From an uncultured Halobacteriovorax sp. (GTDB taxonomy: Bacteria > Bdellovibrionota > Bacteriovoracia > Bacteriovoracales > Bacteriovoracaceae): a DNA stretch of 64,000 nucleotides. Location: contig CAYGRY010000005.1 of assembly GCA_964352405.1 (NCBI GenBank), positions 4,659 through 68,658 of the forward strand, in the 5' to 3' direction. Positions 29,991 through 39,293 of this stretch are shown here, one piece after another. How positions within the stretch are numbered: position 1 is the stretch's first letter; each line of letters begins with the position of its first letter. The notes under the pieces are model-generated. The model made no database searches, was not told the origin of the DNA, and was given only the letters and a program-made list of their open reading frames with translations. Both the position numbers and the translations under genes were made by a program.

Positions 29991-30455
29991 CTAATAATCA
30001 AGACCTGATTTGCGGATATGAACCTTAGGCTTTGCTTCTGTCTCATTCACATCTGAAGCAATTACTTCAGCGAAGACTACTTCATGATCTCCTGGATGAC
30101 TTTTACTGATCATTTTACAAGTAATTGTTGATTTCGCACCTTTGATGACAAGTCCACCTTGGGCATTTATGACGTGATCGATTTCTCCAAAAGGACTAAC
30201 TTCATAACTTTTCCAGAAATGGCGCATATATTGAGTTTCATGCTCACCTACAATATTAATCGCAAACGGTTTACCGGCCATAATATGTTCATAGCCAGGG
30301 CGACCTGCGCGAATTCCAAGTGCAACCACAAGTGGTTTGAAAGAAACTTGCTGAACCCAACTGGCTAGATAGCCATCCTTCTTTTCGCCGTCGGTGGTGG
30401 TTACAATAAAAAGTCCTGATGGAATATGACCAACAGCCTGAGCTTTATCTGACAT
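29991..30455 (-). CDS. flavin reductase-like (FMN-binding split-barrel) domain protein
   Basis: GLFIVTT...GYLASWVQQVSFKPLVVALGI pattern of the Flavin_Reduct family; AAGGAG Shine-Dalgarno sequence. Confidence 0.8.
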   Translation of the reverse strand: MSDKAQAVGHIPSGLFIVTTTDGEKKDGYLASWVQQVSFKPLVVALGIRAGRPGYEHIMAGKPFAINIVGEHETQYMRHFWKSYEVSPFGEIDHVINAQGGLVIKGAKSTITCKMISKSHPGDHEVVFAEVIASDVNETEAKPKVHIRKSGLDY

Positions 30456-30561
30456 CTTTTACTCCTTATTTTAATATTTAAGTTTTTCCAACTACTGGTA
30501 GAATCAAAATGATAACTTTCATTTTGCTATTGTGAAGACTTCACCAAATATTGAAAAGGTT

Positions 30562-31251
30562 TTATTGAAGAGTTTGACTGAACAATTGCTCTAACAGCTC
30601 AGCTGCTTGGCGTTGTGAGCGAGTTAGATTTGTTCTTTGCAAATAAGACTCAATGCTTAAAACACTTCCATCAAGTTTTTTCCTACGAAGAACTAATTGT
30701 TCGAAAAATGCTGGTTTATTATTTTTCCACAGATCTAATAACTTAGATAATGAAAGCATTTGATCACGAGCATAATTAAATCTTGGATGATTGGCGTAAT
30801 CAATATCTCCACCTGTCGCAAAACCAATCTCTTGGTAATATTCCATGGCCGCAGAAAAAACAAAAAGATCCATTTCAATAAAGCGAGGAAGAGATGTTTT
30901 AAAGTCTTTAACGATAATGGCTTGAATATTGTAATCAACAAGTCCGGCCATCACAATCCAAGATAAGTATTCAAATGAAGCTGCACCTAAATTCAGATTA
31001 AAACTAAGTTCTAAATTTCCACCAACCTGGCGAGTAAAAAATGGAGCTGGGGTATTATCGAAAGTCATTAAAGCGTTATTGGTTCGCTCTTCGTATGTTT
31101 GAGCCGCATCTAAACCAATTGACGTTTTTTTGACGGCGTTTTCTTTTGCGATCGTGAGCTTGTGATTCGGGTTTCTATTTTGTGCTTCAACAGGTGAAGA
31201 TAATAAAAGAATTGTTAAAGGGGCTAGCACTCTAATCAATGACATCAACAT
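30562..31251 (-). CDS. secreted hypothetical protein
   Basis: 229 aa with signal peptide LIRVLAPLTILLLSSPVEA; possible TTGACG-N17-CATAAG promoter upstream. Confidence 0.6.
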   Translation of the reverse strand: MLMSLIRVLAPLTILLLSSPVEAQNRNPNHKLTIAKENAVKKTSIGLDAAQTYEERTNNALMTFDNTPAPFFTRQVGGNLELSFNLNLGAASFEYLSWIVMAGLVDYNIQAIIVKDFKTSLPRFIEMDLFVFSAAMEYYQEIGFATGGDIDYANHPRFNYARDQMLSLSKLLDLWKNNKPAFFEQLVLRRKKLDGSVLSIESYLQRTNLTRSQRQAAELLEQLFSQTLQ

Positions 31252-31461
31252 AATAGTTCTCCAATGAGGTTCTTATGCCTTGTGCGCTATGCGCCGTCAA
31301 GAGAAGTTAGATATTTTTAAAACGCGAAGCAAAATAGCTTAGACATACTCTCACTTAACTTAAGAAAATCCTTAACCTACGATATTCTATCGGCTAAGAT
31401 GTTTCTTGTTATCCCTTATGATTTCAAGACTTTCAGACTCTAAGCAAGGAGAGCCTCGCCC

Positions 31462-32154
31462 ATGTCGTCGTCAACGCAAAGCATCTCGCATAACTATTTC
31501 CTATCATCCGTGGTTAAAAAACAAATCATGGCCGTGACTGGACTATTATTATGTGGGTTCTTACTCGGCCACTTAGCCGGAAACACACTTATTATTATTA
31601 GCCCTGATGCCTTTAATCAGTACGGCCATGCACTAGTGAGCAACAAACCATTGTTGTACACAGCTGAAGCAGGACTGATTGTTTTATTTCTTGTGCATCT
31701 CACGATGGCGGCAAAGCTAACGGTAGAAAATAATACAGCAAGACCTGAAAAATATTATATCAAGCAGAAAACTGGTCGAGGCTCAACCTTTGCTTCTTCA
31801 ACGATGCCTTATACTGGAATGATCATTCTTATTTTCTTGGTCACTCACTTAATCAACTTCAAGTATGGCACTGTCTACATGACAACCATTAATGGCGTTG
31901 AGATGAGAGATCTTTATAAAACAGTCATGGAATTTTTCGCTCAACCAATCGGTGCAGCATGGTATGCGTTTGCGATGGTGGCCATGGCGATTCACGTCTC
32001 TCACGGTTTTTGGTCTGCCTTTCATTCTATTGGTATTTTCCATAATCGCTACACCCCACTTCTACGTAAAGCGGGCATTACTTATGCCATTTTTGTCGGC
32101 GCTGGATTTGCGTCACTTGCACTGTATGGTTATATCCAAGGAGTTCAAGCATGA
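31462..32154 (+). CDS. sdhC: succinate dehydrogenase/fumarate reductase cytochrome b subunit (single large 5-TM anchor)
   Basis: 230 aa with five hydrophobic helices carrying conserved His residues; overlaps sdhA by 4 nt; no separate sdhD gene. Confidence 0.8.
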   Translation: MSSSTQSISHNYFLSSVVKKQIMAVTGLLLCGFLLGHLAGNTLIIISPDAFNQYGHALVSNKPLLYTAEAGLIVLFLVHLTMAAKLTVENNTARPEKYYIKQKTGRGSTFASSTMPYTGMIILIFLVTHLINFKYGTVYMTTINGVEMRDLYKTVMEFFAQPIGAAWYAFAMVAMAIHVSHGFWSAFHSIGIFHNRYTPLLRKAGITYAIFVGAGFASLALYGYIQGVQA

Positions 32155-34091
32155 GTTCTGAACAACAAGTAAAAAAATTAGACGGTAAAGTTCCTCAAGG
32201 TGATATCAAAACTCTTTGGGAGAATTACAAGTTCGACATGAAACTTGTGAACCCTTCAAATAAAAGAAAGTTTAAAGTCATCGTGGTTGGTACAGGTCTT
32301 GCTGGAGCATCGGCTTCAGCGACACTAGCTGAACTTGGTTATGAAGTTGAAGCTTTCTGTATTTCAGATTCACCAAGACGTGCTCACTCTATTGCTGCTC
32401 AAGGTGGAATTAACGCTGCTAAAAACTATCCAAACGATGGTGACTCTGTTTGGCGTTTATTTTATGACACCGTAAAAGGTGGAGACTTTAGAGCGCGTGA
32501 AGCAAACGTTTATCGTCTAGCTCAAGTTTCAAATAATATTATCGACCAATGTGCTGCTCAAGGTGTGCCTTTTGCCCGTGAATACGGCGGAACACTTTCT
32601 AACAGATCGTTCGGTGGAGCTCAGGTTTCTAGAACTTTCTATGCTAGAGGACAAACAGGTCAGCAACTTTTACTAGGTGCTTATTCTGCGTTGATGAAAG
32701 AGTCTTCAAAAGGCAAAGTTAAAATCCATACACGTAGTGAAATGGTTGAACTTGTGATGGTTAACGGTAAAGCTCGTGGGATTATCACAAGAAATATCGT
32801 CACTGGTGAGTTCGCTAAACATAGCGCCGATGCGGTTCTTCTTTGTACAGGTGGTTACGGTAACGTTTTCTTCCTTTCAACAAATGCCATGAACTCAAAT
32901 GGTTCAGCGGCATGGAAGGCTTATAAGAAAGGCGCATACTTCGCTAATCCTTGTTACACACAAATTCACCCAACATGTATTCCAGTTCACGGCGAGAATC
33001 AGTCGAAGCTAACACTTATGTCTGAGTCTTTAAGAAACGATGGACGAGTTTGGGCACCAAAAAAACAAGGCGACAAACGTCCTGCCAATGAAATTCCAGA
33101 AGATGAAAGAGATTACTACCTAGAAAGAGTTTATCCTTCGTTTGGTAACCTAGCTCCTCGTGACGTTTCATCAAGACAAGCCAAGTACAGAGTTGATGAA
33201 GGCAAGGGCGTTGGTAAAACAGGTGTTGCCGTTTATCTAGATTTTCGTGATGCGATTAAGCGTGATGGTTACGAAGTCATTAAAGATCGTTACGGTAACC
33301 TCTTTGATATGTACCAACGTATTACTGATGAAAACCCGTATGAAGTTCCAATGCGCATCTACCCTGCAGTTCACTATACTATGGGTGGATTATGGGTTGA
33401 TTACAATCTTATGACTGGTGCTAAGGGTTGTTTTGCTCTTGGTGAAGCCAACTTCTCTGACCACGGCGCTAACCGTCTTGGAGCTTCTGCTCTTATGCAA
33501 GGTTTAGCTGATGGCTATTTCGTGATTCCATATACACTTGGAAATTACTTAGCCAGCGAAAAGCCAAATGAAGAAAAAGTAACTGTCGATAACCCTGAGT
33601 TCGATCAAGCCTTGAAAGATGCTAAAGGTCGCTTCTCAAAACTTCTAAGCATTAATGGCAAACGCTCAGTGGATTCATTCCATAAAGCCCTTGGTCACAT
33701 TATGTGGGAAAACGTCGGTATGGGTCGTACAGAGAAAGGACTCAATAGCGCAATCAAAGAAATCCAAGCCCTAAGAAAAGAATTTTGGAAGGATGTTAAA
33801 GTCACTGGTAGTGATTCTGGGATTAATGTTGAGCTTGAAAAAGCCAACCGCGTTGCTGACTTTATTGAACTTGGCGAGCTCATGGCACGTGACGCTCTTA
33901 CCAGACATGAAAGTTGCGGCGGACATTTTAGAGAAGAAATGCAAACTGCTGATGGTGAAGCAAAACGTGACGATGAGAATTTCTGTCATGTTGCTGCTTG
34001 GGAATGGACCGGTGAAGACGGCGAGCCGATTCGAAATATCGAAGAGCTAAGCTTTGAAAATGTTCACCTTGCAACTAGATCATACAAATAA
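32151..34091 (+). CDS. sdhA: succinate dehydrogenase flavoprotein subunit
   Basis: [15 protein letters not shown] fold, [14 protein letters not shown] (FAD-linking His), [14 protein letters not shown]. Confidence 0.95.
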   Translation: MSSEQQVKKLDGKVPQGDIKTLWENYKFDMKLVNPSNKRKFKVIVVGTGLAGASASATLAELGYEVEAFCISDSPRRAHSIAAQGGINAAKNYPNDGDSVWRLFYDTVKGGDFRAREANVYRLAQVSNNIIDQCAAQGVPFAREYGGTLSNRSFGGAQVSRTFYARGQTGQQLLLGAYSALMKESSKGKVKIHTRSEMVELVMVNGKARGIITRNIVTGEFAKHSADAVLLCTGGYGNVFFLSTNAMNSNGSAAWKAYKKGAYFANPCYTQIHPTCIPVHGENQSKLTLMSESLRNDGRVWAPKKQGDKRPANEIPEDERDYYLERVYPSFGNLAPRDVSSRQAKYRVDEGKGVGKTGVAVYLDFRDAIKRDGYEVIKDRYGNLFDMYQRITDENPYEVPMRIYPAVHYTMGGLWVDYNLMTGAKGCFALGEANFSDHGANRLGASALMQGLADGYFVIPYTLGNYLASEKPNEEKVTVDNPEFDQALKDAKGRFSKLLSINGKRSVDSFHKALGHIMWENVGMGRTEKGLNSAIKEIQALRKEFWKDVKVTGSDSGINVELEKANRVADFIELGELMARDALTRHESCGGHFREEMQTADGEAKRDDENFCHVAAWEWTGEDGEPIRNIEELSFENVHLATRSYK

Positions 34092-34100
34092 GAGGTAGAG

Positions 34101-34871
34101 ATGAGTGATTCAAATAATATGACCCTCAATCTGAAAATTTGGCGTCAATCAACAACAAAAGATAAAGGCCAAATCGTCGATTACGTTCTTGAAGGTGTAT
34201 CTCCTGATATGTCATTTCTTGAAATGATCGACATGCTTAATGAGCAGCTTGTTGCTAAAAATGACGACCCAATTGCTTTTGATCACGATTGCCGCGAAGG
34301 AATTTGTGGCATGTGTTCAATGATGATTAACGGTCAAGCTCATGGACCAGAAAAAGCAACGACGACTTGTCAGCTTCATATGAGAAGCTTCAAAGACGGA
34401 GACACAATTGTCATCGAGCCATGGCGTGCTAGAGCATTCCCCGTCCTAAAGGACTTAATGGTTGATCGCTCTGCCTTTGACAGGATTATAGAAGCTGGTG
34501 GTTTTGTTAACGTTAATACTGGTAACGCCGGTGACGCTAACGAAATTCTTATTCCAAAAGAAGCCGCTGACCTTGCCATGGATGCAGCCGCTTGTATTGG
34601 TTGTGGAGCTTGTGTAGCTAGCTGTAAAAATGCTTCTGCTATGCTTTTTGTTTCAGCTAAAATTTCTCAACTTGCTCTTCTTCCACAAGGTGAAGTTGAA
34701 GCTGATCAGCGTGCTCTTGCTATGGTTGAGAAGATGGATGAACTTGGCTTTGGTAACTGTACTAACGAAGCAGAATGTGAAGCCAGCTGTCCAAAAGACA
34801 TTAGCATCAGCAATATCGCCCGTATGAATAGAGGCTTTTTAAAAGCAGCTATTACATCTAAAACGAAATAA
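34101..34871 (+). CDS. sdhB: succinate dehydrogenase iron-sulfur subunit
   Basis: [22 protein letters not shown] and CEASCP cluster motifs. Confidence 0.95.
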   Translation: MSDSNNMTLNLKIWRQSTTKDKGQIVDYVLEGVSPDMSFLEMIDMLNEQLVAKNDDPIAFDHDCREGICGMCSMMINGQAHGPEKATTTCQLHMRSFKDGDTIVIEPWRARAFPVLKDLMVDRSAFDRIIEAGGFVNVNTGNAGDANEILIPKEAADLAMDAAACIGCGACVASCKNASAMLFVSAKISQLALLPQGEVEADQRALAMVEKMDELGFGNCTNEAECEASCPKDISISNIARMNRGFLKAAITSKTK

Positions 34872-34873
34872 CA

Positions 34874-35965
34874 TTGGAAGTTTTTGGCCCAACGATTGAG
34901 ATTTTCCTGCGTCGTGTACGAACCATGGCAAGGGAAATTTTATCTCAGGAAGTGGGCCTTAAACTTCATCGCACTCGCTTTGAGTGGAATCAAAAACTCT
35001 ACCCTCTTCATCTTGTTATTTTCGATCACTCTTCTAAACTTGGGGAGTATGATCCTAGTCAATGGCGTCTTGGATTATCTTCACGTTTGATGAAAGAGGC
35101 CAAGGACGCCGTTATCCGTGACATTCTTCGCCACGAAATCGCCCATATGATGACTCATCTTCACTTCGGTGAAAATATCCAAGCCCACGGCAGTGAGTTT
35201 AAAAATATCTGCTCTCGCTATGGCTTCGATCATGAGATTTCTAAAGCGACCCTTGATCTGGCTATGGCCAATGATCATTATGAAGGCGATCTTCAAACTG
35301 AAAAACTTTTATCTCGCTTAAAAAAATTAATGGCCTTAAGTGAATCCGATAATACTCACGAAGCCGAACTTGCCATGAGTAAGGCTAATGAACTTTTAAT
35401 CAAACATAATCTTGATCGCCTCGAAATAGATCATGATGATGAACTGGTTTATGTCCTACCGGTCATGTTTAGCCCAAAATCAAATGCTAAGATGCACGCG
35501 GTGTATGAAATTTTAAAAACATTTTTTGTCGCTCCTGTTTTTACCAAACGCCAAGGTCAAGTAGCCCTTGATGTGGTCGGTGATCAGGCCAGTGTTAAAA
35601 TAGCAGAATATGTTAGTGCATTTTTACAAGATGAATTAGAGCGTCTTTGGGGCAAGGCAAAAAAAACCAACAATCTCAAAGGGCTTCGCGCCAAGAATTC
35701 ATTCTTCTCCGGTGTTGCTCGTGGTTACGTTGAAAAAATTCAAACGACTCAAAAAGAATTCCACCAAAGTGCTCTTATGAAAGTGCAAAGTTCTTCCCAG
35801 AAGATGTTGGCAAGAGTTTACGGCAGACTTTCTTCAACCAGTTCAAGCTCTAAGGCTGATAGCAATGCTTTACATGCAGGAAGCTTGGCCGGAAAACAGA
35901 TGAACATAAGAACTGGAATCGAGAAAAGTGGTAATCAAGGGAGACTTTTAAGTTATGACTCCTAA
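34874..35965 (+). CDS. SprT-like zinc-peptidase motif protein with a DUF2786-like segment
   Basis: ILRHEIAHMMTHLHFG...HGSEFK (SprT-like HExxH) and LKKLMALSESDNTHEAELAMSKANELLIKHNL (DUF2786-like); start uncertain (TTG 34874 or ATG 34925). Confidence 0.6.
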   Translation: MEVFGPTIEIFLRRVRTMAREILSQEVGLKLHRTRFEWNQKLYPLHLVIFDHSSKLGEYDPSQWRLGLSSRLMKEAKDAVIRDILRHEIAHMMTHLHFGENIQAHGSEFKNICSRYGFDHEISKATLDLAMANDHYEGDLQTEKLLSRLKKLMALSESDNTHEAELAMSKANELLIKHNLDRLEIDHDDELVYVLPVMFSPKSNAKMHAVYEILKTFFVAPVFTKRQGQVALDVVGDQASVKIAEYVSAFLQDELERLWGKAKKTNNLKGLRAKNSFFSGVARGYVEKIQTTQKEFHQSALMKVQSSSQKMLARVYGRLSSTSSSSKADSNALHAGSLAGKQMNIRTGIEKSGNQGRLLSYDS

Positions 35966-36395
35966 AGAATTAGAAATTGTTTTTAGAAAAATCTGTCGCT
36001 TCGATAAAACTCTCGCTATAGATTTTACCGTACCGAAGCCTGGAACTTCTCATTACAAGTTCACTGTTGATGAAAGACACCTTGCTAGTCCAACACAATG
36101 TCACGGTGGCGTTTTGGCCGCTGTCATGGATGCGACCATGGGTGTAGCAGTTCTAACTGAAGCTGTTCAAAGTGGAAATCTATGTTCGACTGTTGAATTT
36201 AAAATTAATTATCTTAATCGCGCCATCCTCGGTGATCATTTAGATGCCTACGGTGAAGTTGAATTTATTGGTAATCGCTTGATTGTTGCCAATGCTGTTA
36301 TTAAATGTGGTGAAAAACTCATTGCTAAGGCGATGGGTACATTCTCATTATACCCTGCGGATAAAACGCAAATTGCCAATTGGGCCAAAGGATAA
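35955..36395 (+). CDS. PaaI-family hotdog-fold thioesterase
   Basis: CHGGVLAAVMDATMG motif and 146 aa length. Confidence 0.8.
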   Translation: MTPKELEIVFRKICRFDKTLAIDFTVPKPGTSHYKFTVDERHLASPTQCHGGVLAAVMDATMGVAVLTEAVQSGNLCSTVEFKINYLNRAILGDHLDAYGEVEFIGNRLIVANAVIKCGEKLIAKAMGTFSLYPADKTQIANWAKG

Positions 36396-36398
36396 ATC

Positions 36399-36791
36399 AT
36401 GCCTGAAAATGTGAAGTTTACTCTTTTAGGATTCACTGCCTTAATGGCCGCAGTAGGATTTGGAGCTTTTGGAGCCCATGGACTAGAACAATCTTTGTCG
36501 GCTAAACAACTCGCTACTTATCAAACCGGTATTGAATATCTTTTCTACCATGGTCTTGGAGCCCTCGCCTTAGCCAGTCTGAGCCAAAACCTAAACTTAG
36601 AGTTTAAGCGATCTAGATGGGCCATGACTCTAGGAATGCTGATTTTTAGCGGCGGCTGTATGCTTTACGCCGTAACTAGCCAAAAGTTCATCGCCATGGC
36701 GATTCCTCTAGGCGGACTTGGCTATCTTTTTTGTTGGGCCCTCGCCATCAAGGACTTAGCAGCTAAATTTAAAAACCCTTTAAAGTCCTAA
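36399..36791 (+). CDS. DUF423 (YgdD-like) small membrane protein
   Basis: 130 aa, four TM segments, FGAFGAHGL motif. Confidence 0.75.
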   Translation: MPENVKFTLLGFTALMAAVGFGAFGAHGLEQSLSAKQLATYQTGIEYLFYHGLGALALASLSQNLNLEFKRSRWAMTLGMLIFSGGCMLYAVTSQKFIAMAIPLGGLGYLFCWALAIKDLAAKFKNPLKS

Positions 36792-36842
36792 AAACCTGCA
36801 CTTTTAGACTCTTAAAAAAATCTAATTAATCGCAAGATTTAC

Positions 36843-36869
36843 TCAAGTTTTAAAGCAAAGAGCCGATAA
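36843..36869 (+). promoter_or_regulatory. sigma-28 (FliA)-type promoter, best consensus match in the window
   Basis: TCAAGTTT-N11-GCCGATAA (7/8 plus 8/8 against TAAAGTTT-N11-GCCGATAA), 32 nt upstream of the ATG at 36902. Confidence 0.55.
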
Positions 36870-36901
36870 AGAAATATCATTGATTACGGGTGAGGTTAGC
36901 C

Positions 36902-37279
36902 ATGTCTAATTTGGTCAAAAATTTTGTTACTTCATGTACTTTAACGTTTAAAGCGTTTGAGCATGAAGTGATTATTTCGAAGAACCAAAGTACGATGTGG
37001 AACTTTATGGCCGTCAATAAAAGACGCGATAAGGTCTACGCTGTTTACTGTGCTCCAAGACTTAACTCTGCCAAAGCACTTATTAAAGTTGCGCTTAAAA
37101 AAGTCCCTGCCGATACAAGACTCGTTGTTGTAACTTCCTCATATACAGATGAAGAATATGAACAAGCCAACAAAGATGGTTACTCTTTAGTAACGCTCTC
37201 GATGCTATCTAAGTACGGAACGGAAATGTTAGAGATTAAGCAAAAAGAAGAAGCTAACTCACTTTCAAAAGCCGCCTAA
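36902..37279 (+). CDS. hypothetical cytoplasmic protein
   Basis: 125 aa; GGTGAGG lies 6 nt upstream of the ATG at 36902, preferred over the GTG at 36890. Confidence 0.6.
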   Translation: MSNLVKNFVTSCTLTFKAFEHEVIISKNQSTMWNFMAVNKRRDKVYAVYCAPRLNSAKALIKVALKKVPADTRLVVVTSSYTDEEYEQANKDGYSLVTLSMLSKYGTEMLEIKQKEEANSLSKAA

Positions 37280-37996
37280 TTAAACTTTTTTCTTTTCAGA
37301 ACCATGCAAGATTTTATGTTGCTGAGTGATCACGCGAAAGCCTTGTGCTTCGTCTTCATTCCAAGCAATAACATCTAAGACTCTCTCAAACGGCATTGAC
37401 TCTCCAAGATTAAAGGCAGGAGTTAAAACCCAAGGAAATGTTGTATCGACACTAGAATGAGCGAGCATTGAATGAAGTTCATTCTTAGCTTGGACGACAT
37501 CATCAAAATCAATACGTGATTCGATTACACTTTTTATTTGAAATTTATTTGGAAACTGAGTTGCAAGCTTTGCAACAAGAGACAAGTTCGTCTTTACTTT
37601 GGTGCATGGAGTTTTGTAATCAAAGCTTACAAAGTCGATAGCATCAAAGAGCTCACTCACAACTCTTGTCCCAGCTGCCTCAACGTTAACCCAATAGCCT
37701 TTTTTCTTTAAGACGGACACAAGCTCTAAAACTTGTGGCAAAATTTTTGGATGAAGTGGATCACCACCAGTAATTGAAACTCGCTTAAACTTATCTCCAC
37801 CTTGCTCGATGACCTGAGCTAGGACTTGATCTAGAGTTAATCTTTCTCCAGCGTTAAAATCCCAAGTATCGATTGAATCGCAGTTTACACAGCCGATATT
37901 ACAGCCTTGAAAACGCACAAAAACCTGAGGTGTTCCAATATGAACGCCTTCACCCTCTGAGGCCTTATAAATGGCATTAATCGCAAATAAAGACAA
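37280..37996 (-). CDS. queE: 7-carboxy-7-deazaguanine synthase (radical SAM)
   Basis: VFVRFQGCNIGCVNCDS cluster motif and ITGGDPL; TTG start. Confidence 0.85.
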   Translation of the reverse strand: MSLFAINAIYKASEGEGVHIGTPQVFVRFQGCNIGCVNCDSIDTWDFNAGERLTLDQVLAQVIEQGGDKFKRVSITGGDPLHPKILPQVLELVSVLKKKGYWVNVEAAGTRVVSELFDAIDFVSFDYKTPCTKVKTNLSLVAKLATQFPNKFQIKSVIESRIDFDDVVQAKNELHSMLAHSSVDTTFPWVLTPAFNLGESMPFERVLDVIAWNEDEAQGFRVITQQHKILHGSEKKKV

Positions 37997-38077
37997 AGCT
38001 ACCCCGGATTAGTCTTAAAACGGGGTTGTAACATGCCAGAGGGGTCTATGCCAGTATGAATACGTAATTATTACAGG

Positions 38078-38809
38078 TTAGAAGCTAGCGATGAGGCCAG
38101 TTGTGTAAGTGTAATCGAATTTTCGGGCACCTGTGACGGCAGGTAGATTTCTATACTCTCCCTTAAAACCAACCTTTAATGAAAAAATTGAAGAAAGAGT
38201 TGAACTCACTGAAGGGCCAAAGTTGAATTCCCAAGCGTCTCCGATCTCAATATCTTTTAGGTATTCCGAGAAGAACTTGAAAGAGACGTTTTTATTTAGC
38301 TTCTGATCATAATCCCCATAAAGTCTTAATTGATTATTATGAGAGTATGAATGATCTGTTTTTTCCTCGACCACATAACGATAACCAGCTTCAATATTAG
38401 ATTTCTTGTCGTCTAGATTGAAAAGTTTGTAGACGCTACCAATATCTGTGAAATAGCGTTTTTCATAACCTTTAAAACGATCCCCTGCAATTTTTTGTGC
38501 GACAAAAACCGCCCAATGTTCAGCATATGTGTATTCATCTTTTAATCTTGCCGACCAATTTCTTGCATCAATCGTGCTATCTGCTTCGCCTAAAGTGTAG
38601 TGACCATCAAGGCTGACTGCATGCTTACCCAAATCAACACTCGTTTCAGATTTTACGTTGTAAACTGAGACATCAGTATTTCCACCAGACTTTAAAATAT
38701 TCACTTCAGAAGTATTTTTCCAATCGGCTAGAGAAGACAAAGAAATTCCCATAAGGGAGACAATAAGAACTAAGTTGATTTTTTTCATGGGTGAAACTAT
38801 AAGCCGCAA
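38078..38809 (-). CDS. outer-membrane beta-barrel protein (DUF481-like)
   Basis: Signal peptide, alternating-hydrophobicity strands, C-terminal aromatic ...GLIASF. Confidence 0.55.
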   Translation of the reverse strand: MRLIVSPMKKINLVLIVSLMGISLSSLADWKNTSEVNILKSGGNTDVSVYNVKSETSVDLGKHAVSLDGHYTLGEADSTIDARNWSARLKDEYTYAEHWAVFVAQKIAGDRFKGYEKRYFTDIGSVYKLFNLDDKKSNIEAGYRYVVEEKTDHSYSHNNQLRLYGDYDQKLNKNVSFKFFSEYLKDIEIGDAWEFNFGPSVSSTLSSIFSLKVGFKGEYRNLPAVTGARKFDYTYTTGLIASF

Positions 38810-39201
38810 AATTCAATTAGCAAAGAATATTTTCGCTGCAAAGCTTCAATAGGTGCGTCAGGATCAGCTTTTTGCAATAAGCCAGCAATCATAATTTTTT
38901 CTTCATCGCTGGCATCAAATTCTTTTAATACGAAAAAATCTCTCCACTCTGGAGAATCATAAATCTTTGAAAATTCATCAGGCGAGAGCTTGTCACTTTC
39001 TATAAGACGATTCAAATCGATAACCTCATCAACAAAAGCTTGAGGCGAGGAGCTCTGATTAGATCTCGAATAAATCTCTCGCATGGCCAAGTGGCAAGGG
39101 TCTTCACTGCTAATTGAAGCTGGGGCACGAACAATTCGCTTCGAGGATGATGTATATCCTATGGCTAGAACTAAAATAAATATATTGAGAAACCTCATCA
39201 T
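38797..39201 (-). CDS. small secreted hypothetical protein
   Basis: Signal peptide MMRFLNIFILVLAIGYTSS; 13-nt overlap with the downstream OMP gene. Confidence 0.6.
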   Translation of the reverse strand: MMRFLNIFILVLAIGYTSSSKRIVRAPASISSEDPCHLAMREIYSRSNQSSSPQAFVDEVIDLNRLIESDKLSPDEFSKIYDSPEWRDFFVLKEFDASDEEKIMIAGLLQKADPDAPIEALQRKYSLLIEFCGL

Positions 39202-39207
39202 ACAGCT

Positions 39208-39235
39208 TTATCGGTTCGTAATACTGGACACTTAA
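39208..39235 (-). promoter_or_regulatory. possible sigma-28-type promoter (leaderless geometry)
   Basis: Minus strand reads TTAAGTGT-N12-ACCGATAA; the -10 ends 6 nt before the ATG at 39201 and there is no Shine-Dalgarno sequence. Confidence 0.4.
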
Positions 39236-39257
39236 GTCTTTTAGATGATTTTTCTGA

Positions 39258-39285
39258 TCAAGTTTTCTCTCAGTATTTACGATAA
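39258..39285 (+). promoter_or_regulatory. possible sigma-28-type promoter (leaderless geometry)
   Basis: TCAAGTTT-N12-TACGATAA; the -10 ends 8 nt before the ATG at 39294 and there is no Shine-Dalgarno sequence. Confidence 0.45.
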
Positions 39286-39293
39286 GTTAGTTC

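Noticed and set aside
30456-30561. Faint similarity (ATTTGGTGAAGTCT vs ATTTGGTAAGACT) suggesting a third remnant of the 80-aa gene upstream of the intact flavin-reductase gene
   Set aside because: Only about 13 nt align by eye, which I cannot tell from chance in AT-rich DNA without a computed alignment.
37997-38077. Possible preQ1 riboswitch upstream of queE (hairpin CCCCG-N14-CGGGG)
   Set aside because: It lacks the A-rich 3' tail and conserved loop nucleotides of the preQ1-I and preQ1-II classes. The hairpin is more likely a terminator or attenuator for the upstream OMP gene.
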